DNA of 64,000 nucleotides from Vicinamibacterales bacterium (GCA_036012905.1 DASCQF010000109.1:55757-119756), one strand, 5' to 3'. Numbered from the stretch's first letter, positions 40,353-50,311 are shown. Numbers and translations: made by a program. The notes: a model not told the origin generated them from the sequence alone.

Positions 40353-40649
40353 GTGAGTACCCGTCTGACGAGAACCGAAGTCGATCGGATTGCGGCACTG
40401 GCCCATCTCGAGCTGACCGCGTCCGAGACGGAGCTCTTCACACGGCAGCTAGGCGATATCCTCTCCTACTTCGACCGGCTCCAGCAGATCGATACGACCG
40501 GCGTACCGGCGACCACGCACCCCGTCACCTCGGCCCCGGTCCTGCGGGCCGACAACCCGCGTGCCTCGATGCCGCGTGACGAAGCGCTTGCCAACGCGCC
40601 GGATCCCGGCGGCGACGGGCTGTTTCGGGTCCCGAAGGTCATCGGGTGA
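40353..40649 (+). CDS. gatC: Asp/Glu-tRNA amidotransferase subunit C
   Basis: IAALAHLEL..LGDILSYF..ALANAP..FRVPKVI, directly upstream of gatA. GTG start inferred. Confidence 0.9.
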   Translation: MSTRLTRTEVDRIAALAHLELTASETELFTRQLGDILSYFDRLQQIDTTGVPATTHPVTSAPVLRADNPRASMPRDEALANAPDPGGDGLFRVPKVIG

Positions 40650-42130
40650 TGCCGGCCTCCGCCATCCAAACCATTGCCGACATCCGCACCGCGATGGCGG
40701 AGGGCCTGACGGCAGTTGCGATCTGCACACAGTTCCTGGAGCGAATCGCCGCGCACGACGGCCCTATTCACGCGTTCACGCACGTCGCCGAGGAACAGGC
40801 GCTCGAACGCGCAGAGTCGATCGACCGGCGGGGCTCGCAAGACGCCGACTTGCCGCTCGCCGGTGTGCCGATCGCGGTCAAAGACAACATCTGCACGCGT
40901 GGACTACCGACTACCGCCTCGTCGCGCATCCTCGAGGGGTATATGGCGCCATACGACGCCACGGTGATCGAGCGACTGAACCGGGCCGGGGCAGTCGTCA
41001 TCGGAAAGACCAACTGTGACGAGTTCGCGATGGGCTCGACCACCGAGCACTCCGTATCGGGACCGACCAGGAACCCGTGGAATCTCGAGCGCGTGCCTGG
41101 CGGCTCGAGCGGCGGGTCGGCCGCCGCCGTCGCGGCGCGGCTCTCGCCACTTGCAGTGGGGTCGGATACCGGTGGCTCGATCCGACAGCCGGCAGCCTTT
41201 TGCGGAATCGTTGGTCTGAAACCGACCTACGGACGGGTCTCGCGGTACGGGCTGCTCGCCTTCGCGTCGTCACTCGACCAGATCGGCCCGTTCGCGCTGA
41301 CAGTTTCCGACGCGGCCACGCTGCTCCAGGCGATCGCCGGTCAGGACCCCTGTGACGCCACCTCGGCCGACCAGGCAGTGCCTGCGTTCGACGCAGCCCT
41401 GACGGAACCGATGCCGAAGCCGACCATCGGGGTTCCGTGGCAGATGCTGGAAGACGGCGTCGACACCGGTGTGCACACAGCGTTCGAGACAGCCATTGAC
41501 GTGCTGCGCGACCAGGGCGCGACAGTCATCGACGTGACGCTCCCCCACGCCGACTACGCGGTCCCGACCTACTACGTTGTGGCGCCGGCCGAGGCCAGCT
41601 CCAATCTCGCGCGCTACGACGGGGTCCGATTCGCATATCGGGCACCGCTCGATGCCACTCATGCCGATCTGGCATCGATGTACGACCGCACGCGAGAGAC
41701 CGGGTTCGGCGACGAGGTCAAGCGTCGCATCATGCTCGGCACCTACGCGCTCAGCGCCGGCTACTACGACGCCTACTATCTCAAGGCCCAGCAAGTCAGG
41801 ACCTTGATCCGGCGCGACTACGACACCGCGTTCCAGCAGGTCGACGCGGTCGCCATCCCGACCACGCCCACCACGGCGTTCGGACTTGGTGAAGGGGCCG
41901 ACGACCCGCTGCAGCTGTATGTGGGTGACGTCTTTACGGCGAGCGCCAATCTGACCGGGCTGCCTGCGATCAGTCTGCCCTGTGGACGAGACGCTTCCGG
42001 GCTCCCGGTTGGGCTTCAGCTGGTAGGACGAGCGTTCGACGAGGCAACGCTGTTGCGAATTGGTGCGAGTTACGAGCGCGATTCGCCGTGGTGGCGGGAC
42101 GCGCCACCACTGGCGGCCGTCAGGGACTAG
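40649..42130 (+). CDS. gatA: Asp/Glu-tRNA amidotransferase subunit A
   Basis: Amidase signature GGSSGGS, GSDTGGSIRQP, SSNLARYDG and EVKRRIMLGT. Confidence 0.96.
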   Translation: MPASAIQTIADIRTAMAEGLTAVAICTQFLERIAAHDGPIHAFTHVAEEQALERAESIDRRGSQDADLPLAGVPIAVKDNICTRGLPTTASSRILEGYMAPYDATVIERLNRAGAVVIGKTNCDEFAMGSTTEHSVSGPTRNPWNLERVPGGSSGGSAAAVAARLSPLAVGSDTGGSIRQPAAFCGIVGLKPTYGRVSRYGLLAFASSLDQIGPFALTVSDAATLLQAIAGQDPCDATSADQAVPAFDAALTEPMPKPTIGVPWQMLEDGVDTGVHTAFETAIDVLRDQGATVIDVTLPHADYAVPTYYVVAPAEASSNLARYDGVRFAYRAPLDATHADLASMYDRTRETGFGDEVKRRIMLGTYALSAGYYDAYYLKAQQVRTLIRRDYDTAFQQVDAVAIPTTPTTAFGLGEGADDPLQLYVGDVFTASANLTGLPAISLPCGRDASGLPVGLQLVGRAFDEATLLRIGASYERDSPWWRDAPPLAAVRD

Positions 42131-42218
42131 TGTCTGCGCCGTGCCGATTCCGAACCAGTCTGGCGCAGCGCGGCCAGACCGCCCGGGCTACCTGAAACGC
42201 CTCTGAAGCCTCTGATAC

Positions 42219-42491
42219 TTATGATGCCTGGTGACCGGAGTGTTCCAGGAGCTCAGGCGTCTTGAGCTGGTCGGCGGGTCCGCGGGGCACGTCTGGTGTG
42301 AGGTAGCGGGCCCCCGTGCCGAGACGATCGTCGAGGCTGCGCACCACGAGGCTACCCTTGCCAATAGCGCGGTGCTTGGTGAAACCCACAACCACGCAGA
42401 ACCCGAGGAAGACGGCGAGCAGAAAGATGCTGGATATCCCCACCGCTTGGAGCACACCGAGCACCAGTGACTGAATCTCGGACGGTGTCAC
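42219..42491 (-). CDS. Small membrane protein
   Basis: One TM helix; overlaps the rpoZ-like stop by 4 nt. Confidence 0.65.
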   Translation of the reverse strand: MTPSEIQSLVLGVLQAVGISSIFLLAVFLGFCVVVGFTKHRAIGKGSLVVRSLDDRLGTGARYLTPDVPRGPADQLKTPELLEHSGHQAS

Positions 42492-42811
42492 GACCGTGTC
42501 TCCGCCGAACCCGACTCCTTGAGCAGCTCGTAGACGATCAGCCCCTCCTCGACTTCCTCCATCGCCACACGCTCCAGCCGGGACGTCACCTCCGGGCGTT
42601 CACCGGTCTCCGGGTTGGGTCGTAGCGCCTCGAGTCTCGGCAACGCGCCCCGGCGTAATTGCTTGGCTCGCTGGGCCGCCACGTCGACGAACAGAAAGCG
42701 TCCGGAGATTGGCGCCATCCGCTCCTCGGGAATCCGAGGCATCGGAATCGGACGCACAGCTGGTATCGGTTCGGTGTCGCCGTCCTGGACGACATTATCA
42801 TCATTGCTCAT
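42488..42811 (-). CDS. rpoZ: RNA polymerase omega subunit-like protein
   Basis: GRFLFVDVAAQRAKQL and VAMEEV..G motifs. Confidence 0.75.
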   Translation of the reverse strand: MSNDDNVVQDGDTEPIPAVRPIPMPRIPEERMAPISGRFLFVDVAAQRAKQLRRGALPRLEALRPNPETGERPEVTSRLERVAMEEVEEGLIVYELLKESGSAETRS

Positions 42812-42887
42812 AACCTTTGAGCGTACTCGAAAATCACCGCGCAGTCGAGTAGGTCGACATCGAGCACGAGCCGGTGACCGTCTCGCA

Positions 42888-43115
42888 TCACGCTCGGGTC
42901 GGGGTCCGGTCCGTTACGCGGTCGCCCAACGCCGCGTCCTCGAGACCGGTCGGCCCAGGGGAGGCCAAATACCACTCACCGGCCAACAGGTAACGGGTGG
43001 GGCGGCCCTGGTAATAGATCGTCAGGCCGCCGTGCACATCCTCCACCGGCACGATCGCTCGCGCATCGACGGCGCCCATCAGATTCATGTCACGGATGCT
43101 CAGGGGCAAGTCCAT
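42888..43115 (-). CDS. Hypothetical 75-aa protein
   Basis: RBS GGAGAGGG before the ATG; fills the gap between hsp20 and rpoZ-like. Confidence 0.45.
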   Translation of the reverse strand: MDLPLSIRDMNLMGAVDARAIVPVEDVHGGLTIYYQGRPTRYLLAGEWYLASPGPTGLEDAALGDRVTDRTPTRA

Positions 43116-43195
43116 CGTCCCTCTCCTTGTCGGTGTCCCCGGCGTTGCCTGGGAACGCGAGACGACCAGCAGTCCCGCGCTCCCGCGACCACTGC

Positions 43196-43639
43196 TTACG
43201 CCGCCTTGACGGCGATGCGATGCGGCGTGGCCTCGGCCTTCGCCGGAAGCCGGACTCGTAGCGTGCCGTCCTTGTGCTCCGCCGTGACAGCTCCAGCATC
43301 CACGCTGCGAGGCACCGTGAACGACCGGCGGAATGTTCCATAGGCCCGCTCCGAGCGGAACATCCGCCCGTTGTCGACCTCGGCGTCCCTCTTGCGCTCA
43401 CCCGCAATGGTGAGGACGCCGTCTTCAAACATCACGCTGACGTCCTTGCGGTCGACACCTGGCAACTCGGCGCTGACGATCAACGCGTGATCGTCGGTCT
43501 CGTAGACATCGACCGTCGGCATCCAGTTCTGCTGCCTGGCGGCCTCGTCAGTTCCGGGGCTGACGCGACGGAACATCCGGTTGAATGGGGCGTCAAATGC
43601 GGTGAACTCCTCAAACGGATTCCAATGAACCAATGACAT
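43196..43639 (-). CDS. Small heat shock protein Hsp20
   Basis: WMPTVDVYE, AELPGV, ERAYGTFRRSF and DGTLRV. RBS GAGGAGG. Confidence 0.95.
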   Translation of the reverse strand: MSLVHWNPFEEFTAFDAPFNRMFRRVSPGTDEAARQQNWMPTVDVYETDDHALIVSAELPGVDRKDVSVMFEDGVLTIAGERKRDAEVDNGRMFRSERAYGTFRRSFTVPRSVDAGAVTAEHKDGTLRVRLPAKAEATPHRIAVKAA

Positions 43640-43706
43640 CTGTGTACCTCCTCAATCTGAAGAAACCTGCTCTGGTTTTCGTCGTCGATCTCCACGGTCT
43701 GGATCC

Positions 43707-43763
43707 ATACTAACCACAACATGAGTTTATGTCAATAAGCTAACTTGAGTGTTTTAGGCTAAG
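43707..43763 (-). promoter_or_regulatory. Sigma70-type promoter TTGACA-N17-TAGTAT for hsp20, with HAIR-like half-sites
   Basis: -35 at 43735-43730 and -10 at 43712-43707. CATGAGT (43720) and CTTGAGT (43744) half-sites overlap or flank it. Confidence 0.7.
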
Positions 43764-43817
43764 ATTCTTGCAATCGAGATTCACCTTCGTGAGGGGCATT
43801 CGTAGAACAGACCTCGA

Positions 43818-43847
43818 CTGGGCGGTTTGAGGCGGAGCGTCGCTAGA
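43818..43847 (-). repeat. Repeat family B (CTAG-initiated), partial copy
   Basis: Reverse complement tctagcgacgctccgcctcaaaccgcccag is 27/30 identical to 44751-44780. Confidence 0.75.
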
Positions 43848-44724
43848 CGAGCAAGCTCGTGAGGCGTGCAATTGCCAACGGCCGATCGGCCTCGAGACAG
43901 CTTTTCATCACCTGACCGGCGTCCAGCATGCCGCCGTCCGAGAGCACCGCGCGCACCAAGGTGAGCGGAACCCGCTCGAAGTAGGGATTCCGGACGGTCA
44001 CACCGGGGGGGGGCTGATCCCAGACCTCCGCCGCGGGTCCCTGTCGTAGCTGCAAGAGAGCGGCGACACCGGGTGGGACGAACTTGTCGCGTGAGGCTAC
44101 AACGTAGACTGGCACACCAAGCTCCCCCGCCAGGGCGGCCAGTTGCGCCGAGCCTGCTTTGTTGATCACCCAGTCGCCGGTCACCGCGTCGGCACCGAGT
44201 AGCAACACGTCGCTCAAATGAAGCGCTGCTCCCAGCCCCGCATCGGTGTACACATCAACGGCGAGCCCGGCGGCGGCCAATCCGGCCACCATCTCGCGCC
44301 CTTCGTAGATGGGTCGGCCCTCTGCGCATGCGACGCGAACGGTCCGCTGCGCGCCGACCGTCTCGACCACCCAGGCCACCGTACGGGAGGCCGAGCAGGT
44401 GGCCAGTCGCAACGAGCCGTCGCCCTCCATCAGCAGCGTGGCAGCCACCCGTATGACAGCCTGCTCCGCCCGATCCGTCTCGCGCTCGAACCGGTCGAGG
44501 GCCTTCACCGGGTCCTCCGCGGCCAATGCCGTACAGACCGCATTCCACAGCGCCCCCATCGAGGGCTGCGCCCTGCAGACCATGGGCGACAGCCGCTCGA
44601 GGGACGCCGGTCCTGTGGCGGAGGCCTGCCGCAACACCGCCAGCGCACGGCGCAACAGCGTGCTCGCACCCGACCGATGGTCTTGTGCGATTGCCGTCAC
44701 TTCACGCGTCAAGCTGTCGTCCAT
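43843..44724 (-). CDS. eIF-2B alpha/beta/delta-like family protein
   Basis: DHRSGAS, QPSMGAL, EGRPIYEG, GADAV..INKAGS and NPYFE. Confidence 0.8.
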   Translation of the reverse strand: MDDSLTREVTAIAQDHRSGASTLLRRALAVLRQASATGPASLERLSPMVCRAQPSMGALWNAVCTALAAEDPVKALDRFERETDRAEQAVIRVAATLLMEGDGSLRLATCSASRTVAWVVETVGAQRTVRVACAEGRPIYEGREMVAGLAAAGLAVDVYTDAGLGAALHLSDVLLLGADAVTGDWVINKAGSAQLAALAGELGVPVYVVASRDKFVPPGVAALLQLRQGPAAEVWDQPPPGVTVRNPYFERVPLTLVRAVLSDGGMLDAGQVMKSCLEADRPLAIARLTSLLV

Positions 44725-44750
44725 GGCTTCCTCTGTGCGATCATGAGGCT

Positions 44751-44872
44751 TCTAGCGACGCTGCGCCTTGAACCGCCCAGACGGCGGTCGGCTCCGGATC
44801 GCTCGCAGGCTTTTCTCAGAGCCCCGCTACGCGGGGGCTACACATCTTTCGGCGGCGACTGAAAAAGTTGAC
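44751..44872 (+). repeat. Repeat family B, full copy
   Basis: tctagcgacg...cccaga...gtcggctcc...gccccgctacgcgggggcta...aaaagttgac aligns with 54522-54662 (minus). Confidence 0.75.
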
Positions 44873-44944
44873 CCAGCCGTGTCGATCTCGCCCATGGAAG
44901 ATGTCTAGTCAAGTGCCAACACTCGCATACCTTACCGATCACAC

Positions 44945-45766
44945 ATGAAGATTCTGTTCATCGGCGACATCGTCGGCAAACCCGGACGCAGCGTGACACG
45001 CAAGGGCGTCGCGTCTCTGGTCGATCGATACGGGATCGACCTGGTGGTGGCCAACGTCGAAAACGCCGCGGGTGGCAACGGCATCACCCGGGAGATCGGT
45101 GAGACCATTCGCGATTCCGGTGTCGACGTGATGACCACGGGCAATCACGTGTGGGACAAACGGGAAGCGCTCGATTACATCCAGCTCGAGCCGCGCCTGA
45201 TCAGGCCCGCGAACTACCCCGCTGGTGTCCCCGGGTCCGGCCATATCGTCGTCAAGGCCCGATCGGGCGACCCGGTTGCGGTCATCAACGTGATGGGCCG
45301 GGTCTTCATGGCGCCACTCGACAATCCCTTCAGGGTCGTGCAGGAGGAGATCGCGGCAGTGAGGGACGAGGCACGATTCATTCTTGTCGACTTCCACGCC
45401 GAGGCAACCTCGGAGAAGGTCGCGATGGGCTGGCATCTGGACGGCCAGGTCACCGCCGTGGTCGGCACGCACACACACGTACAGTCCGCAGACGCGCGAG
45501 TGCTGCCGGGCGGCACGGCGTACATCACTGATGCCGGCATGACCGGCCCGCACGACTCGGTCATCGGCGTCGACAAGCGCGTCGTCCTGAACCGGTTCGT
45601 CACCGGAATGCCGGGAAGATTCGACACCGCCAGCGGCGACCCGCGCTTGCACGGCGTGATCGTGACAGCTGATGCCGCCAACGGGCGCGCGACGGCTGTC
45701 GCGCGTCTCAGCCTGACCGTGGCCGACATCGAGACTACCGCCAACGAGACGGTGGCGGCACAGTGA
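44945..45766 (+). CDS. ymdB: YmdB/TIGR00282 metallophosphoesterase
   Basis: GDIVGKPGR, GNHVWD, DFHAEATSEK and GTHTHV. Confidence 0.93.
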   Translation: MKILFIGDIVGKPGRSVTRKGVASLVDRYGIDLVVANVENAAGGNGITREIGETIRDSGVDVMTTGNHVWDKREALDYIQLEPRLIRPANYPAGVPGSGHIVVKARSGDPVAVINVMGRVFMAPLDNPFRVVQEEIAAVRDEARFILVDFHAEATSEKVAMGWHLDGQVTAVVGTHTHVQSADARVLPGGTAYITDAGMTGPHDSVIGVDKRVVLNRFVTGMPGRFDTASGDPRLHGVIVTADAANGRATAVARLSLTVADIETTANETVAAQ

Positions 45767-47145
45767 CCGGGGTGCCGTCCTTGCCGTTCGGCGAACCCGC
45801 AGGTGGCCCCGCTAATGCCCCCGACATCGTGACGGTCAGCCAGCTGACGAACCGCATTCGCGCGCTGCTGGAGTCGACCCATGCGGAGGTATGGGTAGAG
45901 GGCGAGATTGCGAACAGCCGGCTCTGGAAGACCGGCCACCTCTACTTCACATTGCGGGACGAGCACGCACAGCTCAAGGCGGTGATGTTCCGCTCGGCGG
46001 TCAGGAATCTGCGGTTCACCCCGGAGGATGGGCTGCGGGTCGTCGCGCGGGGTCGCGTGACCGTCTACGAGCCAAAGGGCGAGTATCAAATCGTGTGCGA
46101 GCATCTGCAGCCCGAAGGGCTTGGCGCGCTCCAGGTGGCATTCGATCAGCTGAAACGCGCGCTCGAGGCCGATGGATTGTTCGAGGCAAGCCGGAAACGC
46201 CCGTTACCGATGCTCCCCCGCCAGATCGGGGTCGTCACCTCGCTTGACGGCGCGGCGCTTCGGGACATCCTCAAGGTCTTGGCCCGGCGACACCCGACGG
46301 CCCACGTCGTCATTTGCCCCGTACGCGTGCAGGGAGACGGTGCGGCCGGCCAGATCGCCCGCGGCATCGACCAACTCTCGAGACAGGAAGGTATCGACGT
46401 CCTTATCGTCGGGCGGGGCGGCGGTTCGCTCGAGGACCTCTGGGCATTCAACGAAGAGCCGGTTGCACGGGCGATCGCGGCCTCGGCGGTCCCGGTGATC
46501 TCCGCGGTCGGCCACGAGATTGACGTGACGATGAGCGATATGGTGGCCGACATTCGCGCTGCGACCCCCTCGGCTGCGGCCGAGATCGTGGTCGCGGGTC
46601 GGGACGAGCTCGCCGCCCGCGTGGACCGGCTTGGCGAACGGCTGCAGGCAACACTCCGAGACACGATCCGGCATCGTCGCACCCAGGTCCTCCAGCTCGA
46701 GCGCCGCCCGGGTCTCGCCGGCTGGCCTGCCCACGTCGCCGTACGCGGCCGGCACGCCGCCGAGCTGACGCATGCCCTGAGCCGCGCCACCGGAGCAACG
46801 CTGGCCGTTCGAACCCGCCGCTTGCGCGCCGCCCACCTCGGGCTGGAGGCCAGAGAGCCGGGACGTCAGCTCGAAGCGAGCCGCACCCGTCTGGTGACAG
46901 CCGACGAACGGCTTGGCGCGACGATCGTCCATCGGCACCAGCGGCTGGAGGGCCACCTGGCCGACCTGACGGGCCGTCTCGACTCGCTGAGCCCGCTGGG
47001 GGTCCTCTCGCGCGGCTACGCCGTCTGCTGGAACGCGGATCGCACCGCGATCGTGCGAGACGCGTCGGCGGTGGCGGTGGGAGACGATGTCGGGATCACC
47101 CTTCGTCACGGTCAGCTCACGTGCACGGTGACCGGCAAGGACTGA
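45763..47145 (+). CDS. xseA: Exodeoxyribonuclease VII large subunit
   Basis: GHLYFTLRD, RGGGSLEDLWAFN, AVGHE, TPSAAA and LSPL..LSRGYA. Confidence 0.95.
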   Translation: MTGVPSLPFGEPAGGPANAPDIVTVSQLTNRIRALLESTHAEVWVEGEIANSRLWKTGHLYFTLRDEHAQLKAVMFRSAVRNLRFTPEDGLRVVARGRVTVYEPKGEYQIVCEHLQPEGLGALQVAFDQLKRALEADGLFEASRKRPLPMLPRQIGVVTSLDGAALRDILKVLARRHPTAHVVICPVRVQGDGAAGQIARGIDQLSRQEGIDVLIVGRGGGSLEDLWAFNEEPVARAIAASAVPVISAVGHEIDVTMSDMVADIRAATPSAAAEIVVAGRDELAARVDRLGERLQATLRDTIRHRRTQVLQLERRPGLAGWPAHVAVRGRHAAELTHALSRATGATLAVRTRRLRAAHLGLEAREPGRQLEASRTRLVTADERLGATIVHRHQRLEGHLADLTGRLDSLSPLGVLSRGYAVCWNADRTAIVRDASAVAVGDDVGITLRHGQLTCTVTGKD

Positions 47146-47209
47146 CTAGCGAGGCTCCGCCTCGCTAGCCGAACTTTTCTCACAGCCCCGCTACGCTGGG
47201 GCTAGACTC
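47146..47209 (+). repeat. Repeat family B, internally deleted copy
   Basis: ctagcgagg-ctccg-cctcgctag hairpin followed by cttttctcacagccccgctacgctggggctagac. Confidence 0.7.
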
Positions 47210-47300
47210 CGTGAATGGAGGCTGTCGTGGTGAGAGCGAAAAAAACACGCTCGAAATCTGACTCAATTGTCAAGATGAACGTTGTTCAAGGAGTCTAGAC

Positions 47301-47552
47301 ATGGAGAATCAGATCAAGGACTTCGAGTCGGCCATCGGTGAACTCGAGACCATCGTGAAGACCCTCGAGGCAGGCGACCTGTCACTCGAGCAGTCGCTCG
47401 AACTCTTCGAGCGCGGTGTCCAGTTGTCTCGGTTCTGCCACACGCGACTGGAAGACGCGGAGCGCCGGATCGAGATTCTCAGCCAGAGTGGCGAACGTGA
47501 AGCGGCGCCCGAGACGCTGAACCCCTCACCGGAGGACGGCGGCGCGGCGTGA
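47301..47552 (+). CDS. xseB: Exodeoxyribonuclease VII small subunit
   Basis: FESAIGELETIV..LEQSLELFERG..C..L..AE. Confidence 0.95.
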   Translation: MENQIKDFESAIGELETIVKTLEAGDLSLEQSLELFERGVQLSRFCHTRLEDAERRIEILSQSGEREAAPETLNPSPEDGGAA

Positions 47553-48517
47553 CCACACTCTCCGATTTCACCCGATATCTGCGGACCCGCTGCGCCGAGA
47601 TCGACGCGGCGCTCGAAGCGGTGCTTCCGGTTCCACCGGCCTGTCCCCCGCCCATCGCCGAAGCGATGCGCTACAGCCTGTTCGCAGGGGGCAAGCGCCT
47701 GCGCCCGATCCTGACCCTGGCGGCGGCCGAGGCGGTGGTCGAGAGCGGTCACAGCGACCCGCACAGCCGCGACACCGGACTGGCGCTGGCGATGACAGCC
47801 GCCTGTGCGGTGGAGCTGATCCATACCTATTCCCTCGTACACGACGACCTCCCGGACATGGATGACGACGACCTGCGGCGCGGGCGGCCCACTGCGCACG
47901 TCGTCTATGGGGCAGGTGTGGCGATCCTCTCCGGGGACGCGTTGCTGACTCAGGCGTTCGTTGCCCTGGCGCGGTGCCGGTCGGACGAACCGTCCGAGTT
48001 CGAACAGCGGCGTCTCCGCGCCATTGCCCGCATCGCCGAGGCGGCCGGTGCCGCCGGCATGGTCGGGGGTCAGGTGCTCGACCTGGCCGCAACCGGCACC
48101 GGACCCGGCGGCGAGGCCACGAGTCGGCGAAACGGATCCGAGGTAACCGCCCTTCGGGAAATGCACGAGCGCAAGACCGGCGCGCTGATCGGCGCGGCGG
48201 CGGTGACCGGGGCGATCCTGGCCGGGGGCGACGAGGCCGCTATCGAGGCTGTTGACCGATATGCGACGCACCTCGGTCTTGCGTTCCAGATCGTCGACGA
48301 CATCCTCGACGTCGAGGGGAACGCCGCGGATCTGGGGAAGACCGCGGGCAAGGACGCCGCCGCCGGCAAGCCGACCTATCCCTCCGTCCATGGCCTCGAC
48401 CGGTCGAAGGTGCTCGCTACCGAGGCCGTCAGCTCGGCGCGAGAAGCGCTGGCGACCGCGGGTCTTGGCGGTCGGCTGAACGAGATTGCCGAGTGGGTCG
48501 TCTCGCGGAGCCATTGA
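47549..48517 (+). CDS. ispA: Polyprenyl (farnesyl) diphosphate synthase
   Basis: GGKRLRP, HDDLPDMDDDDLRRG, FQIVDDILD and GKTAGKD. Confidence 0.93.
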   Translation: MTTLSDFTRYLRTRCAEIDAALEAVLPVPPACPPPIAEAMRYSLFAGGKRLRPILTLAAAEAVVESGHSDPHSRDTGLALAMTAACAVELIHTYSLVHDDLPDMDDDDLRRGRPTAHVVYGAGVAILSGDALLTQAFVALARCRSDEPSEFEQRRLRAIARIAEAAGAAGMVGGQVLDLAATGTGPGGEATSRRNGSEVTALREMHERKTGALIGAAAVTGAILAGGDEAAIEAVDRYATHLGLAFQIVDDILDVEGNAADLGKTAGKDAAAGKPTYPSVHGLDRSKVLATEAVSSAREALATAGLGGRLNEIAEWVVSRSH

Positions 48518-48555
48518 AGTGAAGGTCTGGTGGAACGGTGTCGGAGCGAGACTGA

Positions 48556-48620
48556 GACCGAAGCCGGCGACACCCTCCGGACTCTCCTGCCTTCTGCATT
48601 CTGACTTCTGACTTCTGACT
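48556..48620 (+). repeat. Repeat family A, copy 5
   Basis: gaccgaagccggcgacaccctccggactctcctgccttctgcattctgacttctgacttctgact. Confidence 0.8.
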
Positions 48621-48644
48621 CCCCAGGGAGTTACAGAGCGACCA

Positions 48645-49397
48645 ATGCCCCGCGTCCGACTCGATACGCTGCTCCACACTCGTGGACTGGTCGACTCGCG
48701 CACGCGCGGACGGGCGTTGATCCTGGCCGGGCAGGTGCGAGTAGACGGCCAAACCGCGACGAAGGCCGGCACGCTCGTACCAGCCAACGCCGATGTCACA
48801 CTTGACCAGCCGGACCATCCATATGTGGGACGTGGCGGCGTCAAGCTGGCCCACGCACTTGACGAGCTCGGCATCGACCCGACCGGCGCGGTGGCGCTCG
48901 ACATCGGCGCATCAACCGGCGGGTTCACCGACGTCCTGCTACGACGGGGAGCGCGCACGGTCGTGGCCCTCGATGTCGGACATGGTCAGCTGGCGTGGAG
49001 CCTGCGCCGCGACCCGCGCGTGGTCGTACTCGAGCGGGTGCATATCGCCACCGTGGCACCCGAGACGTTGCCACCGGCTCAGCGTCGCTTCGACGTCATC
49101 ACGGTGGACGTCTCGTTCATTTCGATCCGGTATTTCATAGGCCGGCTGCCGATGCTGCTTCAGCCCGACGGGGATCTCGTCGCCCTCGTAAAGCCGCAGT
49201 TCGAAGCCGGACGCTCCGAAGTCGGGCGCGGCGGACTCGTGACGGACCCGGAGGTCCACACCCGCGTCGTGGCGGCTGTGGCGACCGCGGCCGCTGAGGT
49301 AGGATTGACACGCGTGGCGATGACGCCCTCACCGATCACCGGCGCCGAAGGCAACCGGGAATTCTTTCTCCATCTGCGACACACCGCCGAAACGTAA
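48645..49397 (+). CDS. tlyA: TlyA family rRNA methyltransferase
   Basis: S4 domain, YVGRGGVKL, DIGASTGGFTD, VKPQFE and GNREF. Confidence 0.93.
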   Translation: MPRVRLDTLLHTRGLVDSRTRGRALILAGQVRVDGQTATKAGTLVPANADVTLDQPDHPYVGRGGVKLAHALDELGIDPTGAVALDIGASTGGFTDVLLRRGARTVVALDVGHGQLAWSLRRDPRVVVLERVHIATVAPETLPPAQRRFDVITVDVSFISIRYFIGRLPMLLQPDGDLVALVKPQFEAGRSEVGRGGLVTDPEVHTRVVAAVATAAAEVGLTRVAMTPSPITGAEGNREFFLHLRHTAET

Positions 49398-50311
49398 TGT
49401 GTGCTGAGGCGTCCTCACCCGGGGCCACACTCCATCCGATCGCCACGGTCGGCATCGTGGCGAAGACCGGTCTGCAGAACGCAGCGCCGGTCGTGCGCGA
49501 CGTGGTGAACTGGCTCGAAGGGCGGAACTTGCGCCCGGTGGTAGAGGCGGGCACGGCGGTGCTGGCCGGATTGAGCTCAGTCCGGACCGCCGCGGCCTCA
49601 GGGCTCCCCGACGCGTCGGACCTGATCCTGGTTCTGGGCGGCGATGGGACGCTGCTGGGAATGGCCCGGCAAATTGCCGCGGCGGAGAAAGACCCGCCCA
49701 TCCTCGCCGTCAATTTTGGGAGCCTTGGGTTCCTGACCGAGATCACGCTCCCGGAGCTCTTCGACGCGCTGGCTTCGGTCCTGGACGGCCGTGCGCGTGT
49801 CGACGAAAGAAAGATGTTGCGCTCGCGGACCGTACGGGGCGACGCCGTGCTGACGGAACAGATCGTGCTCAACGACGTGGTGATCACGAAAAGCGCGTTG
49901 TCCGGCATTCTCGACCTGTCGGTGTCGGTCGGGGACCAATTCGTGGCCAGATTCAAGGCCGATGGACTGATCATCGCGACACCAACCGGGTCGACCGCCT
50001 ACAACCTTTCGGCCGGTGGCCCGATCGTGCACCCGCTCGTCAACGCGGTTGTACTCACCCCGATCGCGCCGCACGCGCTCACGAACCGCCCGGTCGTCCT
50101 GCCCGAAACGTCGGCGATCCGCATCCAACCGGAGCCCAGTGACGGGCGCACCGAGGCCTTCGCCAGTTTCGACGGCCAGACCGGATACAAACTGGAAAGC
50201 GGCGACACTGTCATTGTGGAACGTGCCCCACGATCGTTGCGCATGATTCGCGCCGCGTCGCGTCCCTACTTCGCGGTGCTCCGCGAGAAGCTCCGGTGGG
50301 CCGAACGCTAA
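49397..50311 (+). CDS. nadK: NAD kinase
   Basis: LGGDGT, GSLGFL, LND and DGLIIATPTGSTAYNLSAGGP. Confidence 0.95.
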   Translation: MCAEASSPGATLHPIATVGIVAKTGLQNAAPVVRDVVNWLEGRNLRPVVEAGTAVLAGLSSVRTAAASGLPDASDLILVLGGDGTLLGMARQIAAAEKDPPILAVNFGSLGFLTEITLPELFDALASVLDGRARVDERKMLRSRTVRGDAVLTEQIVLNDVVITKSALSGILDLSVSVGDQFVARFKADGLIIATPTGSTAYNLSAGGPIVHPLVNAVVLTPIAPHALTNRPVVLPETSAIRIQPEPSDGRTEAFASFDGQTGYKLESGDTVIVERAPRSLRMIRAASRPYFAVLREKLRWAER

